IMG/VR virus record: IMGVR_UViG_3300044939_000036
Location: 1-34,757 of that record
Length of the DNA: 34,757 nucleotides
Direction: 5' to 3' (one strand)
Source: a virus
Shown here: piece by piece, positions 23,113 through 31,028 of the stretch
Layout of the letters: the number at the start of each line of letters is the position of its first letter
Numbering within the stretch: position 1 is the first letter of the stretch
The notes under the pieces: generated by a model
What the model was told of the DNA's origin: nothing
Database searches by the model: none
What the model saw: only the letters and a program-made list of their open reading frames with translations
Made by a program: the position numbers and the translations under genes

Positions 23113-23432
23113 GGCAGCACCACCCAGCGGACACGCGACTCATCCTCGACGTCGATGCGGGCGTCGAGGGTGTATTCGTCCGATCCAACCGTCAGAATGT
23201 CCCCACGCTGCGCGTCGGGAATTTCCGACTTCAAGAAATCCACCGTGGTGCGCATGCCCGCGACCTGCTGCGTGTCATCGAACACCTGCGCGCCACGGGT
23301 CACTACCACGGTGCACGGGATCGCAGCGCCGCCTGCCAGCGGCTGGAAGATGGCCTGATCGGCCAGACCAACCTCAAGCAGCGCCTGGAAAATGCTGCGG
23401 TCAAGTGCTTGCAGGGCTTCGCGCTGGCTCAC
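23109..23432 (-). CDS. Head-tail adaptor / head closure protein (by position)
   Basis: 107 aa, with ATGA coupling. Confidence 0.5.
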   Translation of the reverse strand: MSQREALQALDRSIFQALLEVGLADQAIFQPLAGGAAIPCTVVVTRGAQVFDDTQQVAGMRTTVDFLKSEIPDAQRGDILTVGSDEYTLDARIDVEDESRVRWVVLP

Positions 23433-24208
23433 AGGCTGCCCCCCTTGAACTTGGCGTTCTCCACAGCCTTTGCCAGTTCGCGCTCAAGCTGGAACTTGAA
23501 GATCTGCGCGTACATGCGCTCCGCAAGCTGGAAGATCGGATAGCGGGCCTTGTAGGTGGCCGGGCGGACGAACGCCATGATGATCCGCACGGCGCTGCCA
23601 AAGCCCGTCCGAACACGCTGATAGATGCCGGGCCGTAGGCCCTTGCTTTGCTTCGGCACGGCGAAATAGTCGCCGCGACGGTCGCCGCGCTTTGCCTCGC
23701 GCCGCTGCCGGCGAGCGCGGCTTTCTGCCGTCTCGTTTTGCAGCGGGTCGAAGCGCGCGCCGAGCTGCGACAGGATCTTGTTCATCTGGCTGCCGGCAAT
23801 GTTGCCGAAGGCATCGAGCTGCGCGCCGCGCCCTGGCACCGCCTGCATGCCGGCCGGCATCAGTCCGGCCGCCTGCAGCCGCTTTTCAAAGGCCTTGGTC
23901 GCACGCGAGCCGCCATACACCTGCGCTTGCAGATACTTCGCCGGCGGCGTGCCCTTGAAGGCCTCATCGCGGATTTTGACCACCGCATACGGCTTGGACT
24001 TGGTGGCCTTTTCGTACACCACTGCCCGCATGGTCAGCGGGGTCGGCCGGTCGAACACGCGCGGCATGATTTCCGCCCAGCGCTGGCGGATCTCCCATGC
24101 TGTTGCGTTGGCCGCCTGCATTGCGGCAAACGGCAGCTGCTGGCGCTCCAGCGCGGTGAAGGACCGCGCCAACGCGTTGTCTGGATCGACGCCGATGCGC
24201 AGCTTCAT
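23429..24208 (-). CDS. Hypothetical neck-region structural protein (259 aa)
   Basis: Start chosen at ATG 24208 (ATGA overlap with the o-spanin stop). The longer track ORF would overlap the spanin. Confidence 0.5.
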   Translation of the reverse strand: MKLRIGVDPDNALARSFTALERQQLPFAAMQAANATAWEIRQRWAEIMPRVFDRPTPLTMRAVVYEKATKSKPYAVVKIRDEAFKGTPPAKYLQAQVYGGSRATKAFEKRLQAAGLMPAGMQAVPGRGAQLDAFGNIAGSQMNKILSQLGARFDPLQNETAESRARRQRREAKRGDRRGDYFAVPKQSKGLRPGIYQRVRTGFGSAVRIIMAFVRPATYKARYPIFQLAERMYAQIFKFQLERELAKAVENAKFKGGSL

Positions 24209-24498
24209 GGCTCGACCCTCGTTCCGGACAGCGCCCGCACCGCCTTGCGGTCGGCATTGGCGCGTTCCAATTGCGCCTTGCGCTCGGCGGCGACCATCGG
24301 GCACTGCGACAGCGGGCCCTCGGCAATCGGCAGCGGGTCGGTGAGCTCCGCAGGCACGTCGACGTACACCTCGCGGGTGACCGTGACCACCTGCGGTTTG
24401 ACAATCACGCCGCCGGGCAAATCGGGTTTGCTGGCACGGCTGCAGGCGGCGAGGGCGGCGATCAGCACCATGGCGATGGCGAAGGCAGGCGCACGCAT
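24205..24498 (-). CDS. o-spanin (outer-membrane lipoprotein, Rz1-like)
   Basis: MRAPAFAIAMVLIAALAAC carries an LAAC lipobox. 97 aa, Pro-containing. Directly follows the i-spanin (TGATG overlap). Confidence 0.7.
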   Translation of the reverse strand: MRAPAFAIAMVLIAALAACSRASKPDLPGGVIVKPQVVTVTREVYVDVPAELTDPLPIAEGPLSQCPMVAAERKAQLERANADRKAVRALSGTRVEP

Positions 24499-24917
24499 CA
24501 GTAGTCCCTCAGCATCGGGCAGGCCGCGTCCATCGCCTGCAGCGCAGCGGCGCAGCCGGTGGGCTTGGTGGCGAAGCGCCGGGCGAAATCGTCGCGCTCG
24601 CGCTTGGCCTTGGCGGCCTCGGCATTGGCAGCGGCCACGGCCGCAGCCGCCGCACGGGCAGCCGCTGCGGCGCGGGCCTCGGCGGCAGCCTGTTCCTTGC
24701 GCTGCTGCTCGAAGACCGCATCGTAGGCGGCGTTGGCCGCTGCGCAGCCCTCCGCTTTGCCCTTCCAGGCATCGAGCGCCGTGGTCGCGGCATCGCGCTG
24801 CGCGATGGCCGCATCGCGCTGGCTGGCCAGCACACAGCCGCGCCCGGCCAAGACAATGCACAGCAGCAGCAGGCTGCCGGCGACGGGCTTCAGGACGGTG
24901 GCCGAGAGCCAGTTCAT
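24498..24917 (-). CDS. i-spanin (Rz-like)
   Basis: N-terminal TM (VAGSLLLLCIVLAG) followed by an Ala/Gln/Glu-rich coiled coil. ATGA coupling to the endolysin. Confidence 0.65.
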   Translation of the reverse strand: MNWLSATVLKPVAGSLLLLCIVLAGRGCVLASQRDAAIAQRDAATTALDAWKGKAEGCAAANAAYDAVFEQQRKEQAAAEARAAAAARAAAAAVAAANAEAAKAKRERDDFARRFATKPTGCAAALQAMDAACPMLRDY

Positions 24918-25750
24918 GCCTGCACCGCCAGTCGCGCCGTGGCGCGGAAACGTCGGCACAGGCCCTCGCCATCGGCCCGATGGCGGAAGCGCTCGCACAT
25001 GGCGATGTGCGCATCGGCGATGCACTGCACGTCTGCGGCAGGCACGCACTCATCGCGCAGGCGGCGCATCTCCGCCCGCGACTCACCGCGCATGCTCGCG
25101 CCGCGCGCGTACACGGTGACCACCAGCGCGCCTTGCGCATTGGGCGGCAGGCGGTCCCAACCGTTCTGGAACGTGCGTTCCGTCAGCCGGGCGTAGGCTG
25201 GCAGGCTCACGCCCGTAAAGACCTGCTCGGCCATCGGGAATGGCGTCTTGACGTCTTGGCGCTCGGCGCGATAGGCGCGGCACGGCGCGAAGCCGCGCAC
25301 GCCGCTGCCATCCTTCAGGGCTGCGACACGCGGATGCACGCGCCAGTCGCTTTCGATTCGCGCCGGCGGCTGCACGCCCAGGTCATAGCCGATGCCGATT
25401 GTCGGGCCGCTAATATCGCCAGGGCAGGCGAAGCCCTGCAGACGGGCTTGATAGTAGGCCGGGGAAACAACTTCCTGCTCAATCAGCAGGCTGACAGCCG
25501 CAGGCGCGACCGCCGCAGGGGCGGGCACGTCCTGCACAGGCGATTCAACCACGTCCTGCACGATGGCCTGCACGTCGGCTTGCGTCTCGATCAGCGGCAT
25601 CGACACCGCCTCGGCCGCCGTCTGCTGCACCTCAGCCGCAACGGGCGCGACTGCCTGCTGCACGGCCTCAGCCGTGCGCTGGACATGCTCTGGCCTGGCG
25701 CATCCGAGCACCGCGCACAGGGCCAGTACGAGCATGATCCGCTCCATCAT
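24914..25750 (-). CDS. Endolysin candidate: lipobox-type signal peptide, VQ/A/P-rich linker, lysozyme-like C-terminal domain
   Basis: MMERIMLVLALCAVLGC, then PGDISGPTIGIGYDLG, which resembles the D-x5-T-IGIG core of T4/pesticin-type lysozymes. Lies between the holin and the spanins. Confidence 0.55.
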   Translation of the reverse strand: MMERIMLVLALCAVLGCARPEHVQRTAEAVQQAVAPVAAEVQQTAAEAVSMPLIETQADVQAIVQDVVESPVQDVPAPAAVAPAAVSLLIEQEVVSPAYYQARLQGFACPGDISGPTIGIGYDLGVQPPARIESDWRVHPRVAALKDGSGVRGFAPCRAYRAERQDVKTPFPMAEQVFTGVSLPAYARLTERTFQNGWDRLPPNAQGALVVTVYARGASMRGESRAEMRRLRDECVPAADVQCIADAHIAMCERFRHRADGEGLCRRFRATARLAVQA

Positions 25751-26121
25751 CGCGCCATCCAGAAAAAGGCGCCGGACAGCACCAGCAACACTGCCCAGCG
25801 CAAATCGTTTCGCACCAGCAGCCAGCGGGCATTGCGGTCGCCCGCCAGCGCCGCCTCATGCCATGCGCGCTCGACTGCCTTGCCGGGCTCCCAGGTGAAG
25901 GCGTTGTTGAAAAACGCCGCCACCACGATGGCCGCGCCGGCGTAGCAGGTGATGACCGGCAGCCAGCTCAACGCCTCAATCTGCTCGCCGGTGAAGCGCA
26001 CGGCCGGGAGCGCCCCCAGCACGGCGTAGCCCCATGCGGCGGCCACCGCCATGATCGGAAGCAGCACCAGCGCGCAGACCAGCAGCGCGAGGCGGCGGTA
26101 GAGCCAGTCGAGCTTGGCCAT
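25747..26121 (-). CDS. Holin candidate (124 aa, 3 TM)
   Basis: Three hydrophobic segments with charged ends. Immediately upstream of the endolysin, with ATGA coupling. Confidence 0.6.
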   Translation of the reverse strand: MAKLDWLYRRLALLVCALVLLPIMAVAAAWGYAVLGALPAVRFTGEQIEALSWLPVITCYAGAAIVVAAFFNNAFTWEPGKAVERAWHEAALAGDRNARWLLVRNDLRWAVLLVLSGAFFWMAR

Positions 26122-26122
26122 C

Positions 26123-26440
26123 TCAGCGCATCCCGACCTTGGCCTCGACGGCCGAGACGCGATCTTCCAGCGCGTCAATCCGCCGTGTGTTCGAATCGAC
26201 AGTCCGGATGATGCGCTCATCAAGTCGGGTGTTGACGTCACGCACGTCCGACTTGATCTGGGCAATATCCTTGCCCTGCTCATCGACGCTGGACTGCAGG
26301 CCGTTCAGCGTGCGCAGCATGAAAAACCCGATCAACGACAGCATGATGGGTAGCAGTAGGCGCGCAAACACCTTGGCCGTCGTGGATTCGATGGCATCTT
26401 CGACGCGATGGCGCTGGTGCTGGTGCTGTGCTGGCTCCAT
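26123..26440 (-). CDS. Single-pass membrane protein with a coiled-coil C-terminus (second holin/antiholin candidate)
   Basis: TM segment VFARLLLPIMLSLIGFFML followed by heptad-like sequence. GGAG SD. Confidence 0.5.
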   Translation of the reverse strand: MEPAQHQHQRHRVEDAIESTTAKVFARLLLPIMLSLIGFFMLRTLNGLQSSVDEQGKDIAQIKSDVRDVNTRLDERIIRTVDSNTRRIDALEDRVSAVEAKVGMR

Positions 26441-26456
26441 ATCGACTCCGGTGGTG

Positions 26457-26482
26457 GCGGCTGCCGGAGCGCCGGCAGCCGC
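26457..26482 (-). terminator. Strong hairpin after the capsid/decoration genes (11-bp perfect GC-rich stem, 4-nt loop, no U tract)
   Basis: GCGGCTGCCGG-AGCG-CCGGCAGCCGC, 10 nt after the decoration-gene stop. Confidence 0.4.
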
Positions 26483-26492
26483 TTACGCAGGT

Positions 26493-26864
26493 TTAGAACG
26501 CCTGCGCGTTCCCAGGGGTCAGGCGGATCGTGCAGGTGGTCGCGGCAGCCGCAGCCGCCTCCCACGCGATTGCACCGCCCTTGACATCGCCGGTTGCGCC
26601 CGTGGCGTTTTTGCCATCGAAGCTGCTGGTGGCCGCCTTCCAGGTCAGGATTTCGCCCTGCGCGAACGCAGTGCCATTGACCTTCGGGATGCCGCTGAAC
26701 ACGCCTTCCACCGCGACGCTGCCGGTGCCACCGTTCGGGATCGACACCAGCGCGACGCCCAGCATGTTCGGCCCCACCTTGACCAGCTGGCCCGAGGTGA
26801 CTGCGGCACCGGTGCCGTTGGTCCACTGGATGGTCTCGCCATCCGACACGTAGTTCTTTGCCAT
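26493..26864 (-). CDS. DUF2190-type head decoration protein
   Basis: 123-aa Gly/Ala/Thr-rich beta protein (MAKNYVSDGETIQWTNGTGAAVTSGQLV..) right after the capsid gene. Confidence 0.7.
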   Translation of the reverse strand: MAKNYVSDGETIQWTNGTGAAVTSGQLVKVGPNMLGVALVSIPNGGTGSVAVEGVFSGIPKVNGTAFAQGEILTWKAATSSFDGKNATGATGDVKGGAIAWEAAAAAATTCTIRLTPGNAQAF

Positions 26865-26885
26865 GGTTGTTTCTCCTGATCCTGA

Positions 26886-28844
26886 TTAGCCGTTGCGGAC
26901 GGCGCCGCGATAGTCGATTGCGGCCACGCCGTAATCCAGGCGGACCTTCCAGCGGCTGCCATCGACGCTGAAGCCTTCTTCCTGGTCGAGGAAGGGCATG
27001 TCGTTGCCTTCGAGGAAGGCGACCTCGATGACCGGCGCTTCGGCCGGATCCGCGAACAGGTACCACTTGGTGTCGGCGATGCGCGGGGTGTCGATGACCT
27101 CGCGGAACAAGCCGGCAATGACGTTCGGGCGCTGCAGCTTGTTGGTGGCGTCCGGGTCATACTGCGAGCTGTTGAGCACACGCGCGGCGCTGCCATAGAC
27201 CAGACCGCACAGGAAGATCGCAGGCCGCAGGTCAAGGTAGTCGTTGCCGCTGACGTCCTTCTGACTTGCCATCTTGACGCGGGCGGCATCGACAGAGGTC
27301 ACGGTCGGCGCAGCGGCCGCATCCAGGTTGCCATGCTCATTCGAGAACAGCGCGAAGCCGTCGGCCATCACCGGGTTGCTGGCCAGCAGGGCATAGACGT
27401 CCGCCTCGACGGTGCGGGCGGCAGCGCGGCCCAGCATGGTTGCCGCGCCGATGAAGGCGCCGAGGTCATCGTTGATGATGGCCTGCCGCGACAGGTTGAT
27501 GATGTTGCCCTTGGTGCCGGCGGTGATGCTGGCCTTTTCGCCGTCCGGGATCGCCTTGTTCTTGAACTCACCGAGTTCGCTCAGCGCATCCAGATTGCCC
27601 AGGCTGCCAACGCGGTAGCGGTTGTGCGCCCGGAAATCGCTCACCGTGCCAACAGCGCAGAACCGGCGCCAGGTATCAGCGGCGACGGCATAGCCCGACT
27701 GCAGCGACTTGTGCATGGCGTTTTCCAGCAGCACCGGGAAATCGCTGGTGGACTGCGTGAACGCACGCCCGACCATTTCCAGCACGCTCATGCCATCGGT
27801 GCGCACGCCGGTGCGCTCCAGGCAATGGCGGGCCAGCTCGCGCATGGACAGGCCGCGCACCGGGTTGGCGCCATCGACCACATAGCGAGACTTGGTGGCG
27901 GGGTTCACCACCATGGCGCGGGCCAGGATGGCATCCACGGCGGCGCCACGGAACTTGTCGGCCTCGTCCGTGCCGGCCTGCACGCGGTTGAAGGTGCCGC
28001 CAGACTTCACGTCGGCAGAGACCTTGGCGTCCAGGATCATGGCGCGCACCTGGTCGATGGTGCGGCCGGCACGGATGAACTCGGCCGCCTTGTCATCCAT
28101 GCCGTGGCGACGGCAGAGCTCGACGATTTCTGCGGCACGCGACAACGCCTCAGCGGGATCCGGCGTCGGCGTGGTGGTGACAGTGTTGGACTGGTCCGCC
28201 TCAGCGGCGGCGCGATGTGCAGCGTCTGCTGCGGAAGCGATCTGAGTCATGGTGGTTTCCTTGGGGTTGAGCGCCGGCGCGGCGCGGGTCAGCACGCACG
28301 GCACGCCGGCCTGCGTGGTCTGGTGGCTGCGGATTGCAGCGGACGGATCAGCGGGCACCGTCACGAAGCTGATTTCGTAGGGCGTCCACCGAATGGCGCG
28401 GTAAACGGGAACGTCTCCGCCGACCTCGACCTGATACGCCTGGACGGTGTAGCCGACAGAGACATTGCGGATGATGCCGCCCAGGATGTCGGCGACGATG
28501 CCGGCCACATCCTCGCGCTGGCTCAGCCGAATCGTGGCGCGGCCTTCGCCACCCTCGATGGTGGCCGCCTCAATCACGCCGATCTGGGCATCGACGCTGG
28601 TATCGTGGTTGAGCAGGACGGGCGCATTGCCGGATTGCAGCCGCGACATGTCCACCGCCTCGGGCGACATGTCCAGCTCTTCGTCATAAAACGCGCCTTC
28701 CCACGGGTCGAACCGCCGGACACGCGCACCGCGCCCCCAGCTGACCTCAATCGTGCCGGCCTCGGCGTTGTAGCTGGACGGCAGCAACCGCGCCTGCATG
28801 AGCTGCGGCGGCATGAGGCGGGTGATGGTTTCGGTGTCCTGCAT
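26886..28844 (-). CDS. Prohead protease / scaffold / major capsid fusion protein (652 aa)
   Basis: The N-terminal roughly 175 aa look like an HK97-type prohead protease (..APVLLNHD..GVIE..). A helical linker follows. The C-terminal capsid region has SDFPVLLENAMHK..INLSRQAIINDDLGAF. Confidence 0.8.
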   Translation of the reverse strand: MQDTETITRLMPPQLMQARLLPSSYNAEAGTIEVSWGRGARVRRFDPWEGAFYDEELDMSPEAVDMSRLQSGNAPVLLNHDTSVDAQIGVIEAATIEGGEGRATIRLSQREDVAGIVADILGGIIRNVSVGYTVQAYQVEVGGDVPVYRAIRWTPYEISFVTVPADPSAAIRSHQTTQAGVPCVLTRAAPALNPKETTMTQIASAADAAHRAAAEADQSNTVTTTPTPDPAEALSRAAEIVELCRRHGMDDKAAEFIRAGRTIDQVRAMILDAKVSADVKSGGTFNRVQAGTDEADKFRGAAVDAILARAMVVNPATKSRYVVDGANPVRGLSMRELARHCLERTGVRTDGMSVLEMVGRAFTQSTSDFPVLLENAMHKSLQSGYAVAADTWRRFCAVGTVSDFRAHNRYRVGSLGNLDALSELGEFKNKAIPDGEKASITAGTKGNIINLSRQAIINDDLGAFIGAATMLGRAAARTVEADVYALLASNPVMADGFALFSNEHGNLDAAAAPTVTSVDAARVKMASQKDVSGNDYLDLRPAIFLCGLVYGSAARVLNSSQYDPDATNKLQRPNVIAGLFREVIDTPRIADTKWYLFADPAEAPVIEVAFLEGNDMPFLDQEEGFSVDGSRWKVRLDYGVAAIDYRGAVRNG

Positions 28845-28847
28845 GGG

Positions 28848-30371
28848 TTAGCTCCCTTGCGTGGATTGGGTGGCGTCGGATTGAGACGCGGCCGCATATA
28901 CGACTCCGCCTCCCTTCGCCATGAGGAACTGCATGAGGTCGAGCGCGCCGCTGTCATGCAGCGCCCTGAAGTCCTTGCCGATCTCGGCAAAGACCTGCTC
29001 AGGCTTGTAGCCGCGCCGGCGCAGTGCCTCGGACGGGCTGAGCAGGCCGGCGCTGATGGCGTCGATCTCGGCGGCCACGTCTTGAGCCGGGTTCACGTAA
29101 TCCCAGCGAGGCGTGCTCCAATCGACGCTGCGCTGGCCGCGCCCGGCCGCGCCGATCAGCTGAGCCGCCTCGATGAACCAGTCCGCGATGGGTTGGCACA
29201 GGCGCGGGACGATCACAAGCCACTGCTCTTGCTCGATGTCCCGGCGGAAGTCGATCTGGCGGATGCGGGCGCTGCTGAAGTTCACCTCGGCCATGTCGCC
29301 GGTGAGCGCCTCATACGGCACGCCCAGGCCTGCGGCGATCAGGTGCAGTTGGAACTTGCAGTAATCGACGTACCCTGGCGCGGCCTTCGGCTCCAGTGCG
29401 GTGACGTTCATGCCGGGCGGCAGTTCGGTGATGCCACCGCTGGGCAGCACGCCGAGGTCGTTGGCCTGCGGGCCTGCGCCTGCGGTCACCGATCCATAGG
29501 TCGGGATGCCGGTATCGAGCGTGGAGGCGTCGCCCGATACCAGCACCCCTAAGCGGGTCTCCAAGTTTTTGCGTTGCAGCTCGGCGTCTTCGTAGAGGCT
29601 CAGATCGCGCGTGCGCGCGATGACGGACGCCAGCCGCGTGATGCCGCGCCCCTGGCCTGGCCGGCTTGGCGCGAACAGGTGGATGATGTCGCTGGCCGGG
29701 ATGCGGCGGCTGACGCCAGCCGTCGCACGCCCGCGCATGAACGCATCCCCGGGGTGATTCTCATAAAGCCAGTACGCGGCAGGCTTGCCGAGCGCGTCGT
29801 ACTCGATGCCGTTGATGATGGTGTTGCCGCCGTTGCTGCCGTTCTTGCCACTGTCGAGCCAGTCGATTTCCAGCAGCTGCAACTGCATCGGCACAGGCAA
29901 GCCGTCTTCCGGCCTGCGCGTGCGACGGCGGATCAACACCTCGCCGTCTTGCACCATGGCGCGGTACGCGGCCGCTTGCAGGCCATAGAGGTCGAAGATC
30001 GCATCGGCATCGGCGACGCGCTCCCATTTCGACCACAGATCGTTGAGCCGTGCACTGTCTGCGCCGTCGAAGCGCGGCTCGATCCCGGTGCCGATGGCGG
30101 CGCTCACCAGCGCCTGCACGCCACGGGCGATGTAGGGCACGTTCTGCACCATGGCGCGGGCCCGGATGCGAAGCTCCCGCGCATCTGCAGCGTGATCGGC
30201 ATTCGCGCTGGCACCGGCACGGCGTGGCCGCCAGCCATCGGTGCGGGCGGCGCCCTCATAGGCACGCGCAAGCAGCGTTCTTGCACGCTTGCGGCGCAGG
30301 CCGGCATCCGGCGAAACCCAGCCGATCAGTCGATCCAGCAGCGTGAGGCGGGCGGTCGCAGACGTCATCAA
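28848..30371 (-). CDS. Portal protein (lambda gpB family)
   Basis: 507 aa, positioned between the gpW and protease-capsid genes. The N-terminus LLDRLIGWVSPDAGLRRKRARTLL is typical of that family. Confidence 0.85.
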   Translation of the reverse strand: MMTSATARLTLLDRLIGWVSPDAGLRRKRARTLLARAYEGAARTDGWRPRRAGASANADHAADARELRIRARAMVQNVPYIARGVQALVSAAIGTGIEPRFDGADSARLNDLWSKWERVADADAIFDLYGLQAAAYRAMVQDGEVLIRRRTRRPEDGLPVPMQLQLLEIDWLDSGKNGSNGGNTIINGIEYDALGKPAAYWLYENHPGDAFMRGRATAGVSRRIPASDIIHLFAPSRPGQGRGITRLASVIARTRDLSLYEDAELQRKNLETRLGVLVSGDASTLDTGIPTYGSVTAGAGPQANDLGVLPSGGITELPPGMNVTALEPKAAPGYVDYCKFQLHLIAAGLGVPYEALTGDMAEVNFSSARIRQIDFRRDIEQEQWLVIVPRLCQPIADWFIEAAQLIGAAGRGQRSVDWSTPRWDYVNPAQDVAAEIDAISAGLLSPSEALRRRGYKPEQVFAEIGKDFRALHDSGALDLMQFLMAKGGGVVYAAASQSDATQSTQGS

Positions 30372-30574
30372 TCGCCCCTCGCGGTGCTGAACGCGAACCG
30401 ATAGTGCCCACGCCCGCCACTGGCTGCCGATAGCTGCTCGGCCACGTGCTGCCGTGCGCGCAGCAGTTCATCCATCGACCGATACTGCACGCGACGGTCG
30501 CCGTACTGCACCACCAGCTGGCTGCTGGCGATGGCTCGATCAAGGGCTTCCAGGTCGGCTTGCGTGTAGGACAT
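30368..30574 (-). CDS. Head-tail joining protein gpW-like (68 aa)
   Basis: LEALDRAIASSQLVVQYGDRRVQYRSMDELL aligns with the lambda W pattern (..VQKDGRRVEF..L). The start is uncertain; an alternative ATG lies at 30604. Confidence 0.7.
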   Translation of the reverse strand: MSYTQADLEALDRAIASSQLVVQYGDRRVQYRSMDELLRARQHVAEQLSAASGGRGHYRFAFSTARGD

Positions 30575-31028
30575 CGCGGCCAATGTTGTGGCGGATGCCC
30601 TCATGTTCCTGGTCTGTGTGCGTCCCGTCTTGGGGAATAGGGACGCACTCCGCCACGTCACGCGACGCGGCGCCAAGGTCTAGCGGGCGCGCGAGCACCC
30701 AATACAGCGTTTTGCGGCTGATCCGGAACTGCCGGCAGATTTCCCGGATCGAATACTGGCCGGAATCCACTGCCTGACGCAGCTCCCGCACCGGGTACTT
30801 CACCTCTGCGGCGGGGATGTAGAGATCCTGCGCAGGGTAGGCCTCGCGCAGGTAGTCCACCACGGCGATCACGATGGGGCGAATGTCATCCGCATTCGCC
30901 CGCAGCCGCTTGGCCGCGCCGATGGTGAGTTCCTCCACGAGCGCGGAGACCATCGCCCTGGTGCGGCGGGTGTTGCGCCCACGCCGGGTGCGGACATGGT
31001 GCGCATCATGTGCCTGCTCGCTCACCAC
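30540..31028 (-). CDS. Mor-family transcription activator-like protein
   Basis: IVIAVVDYLREAYPAQDLYIPAAE..RELRQAVDSGQYSIREICRQFRISRKTLYWVL parallels Mu Mor (EIVVAICKHLGGGQVYIP..RDLRIWNDFNGRNVSELTTRYGVTFNTVYKAI). The GTG starts at 31028/31025 overlap the TerL stop. An alternative ATG lies at 30953. Confidence 0.6.
   Translation of the reverse strand: MVSEQAHDAHHVRTRRGRNTRRTRAMVSALVEELTIGAAKRLRANADDIRPIVIAVVDYLREAYPAQDLYIPAAEVKYPVRELRQAVDSGQYSIREICRQFRISRKTLYWVLARPLDLGAASRDVAECVPIPQDGTHTDQEHEGIRHNIGRDVLHASRPGSP

Noticed and set aside
23648-25945. 765-aa plus-strand ORF, and similar long ORFs at 27333-29552, 14646-15869, 31088-32287, 4634-5701 and 1668-2498
   Set aside because: Their composition is extremely rich in Arg, Ala, Pro and Gly. 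They lie antisense to well-supported, translationally coupled genes (lysis, capsid, J, TerL, early operon) and show no recognisable motifs.
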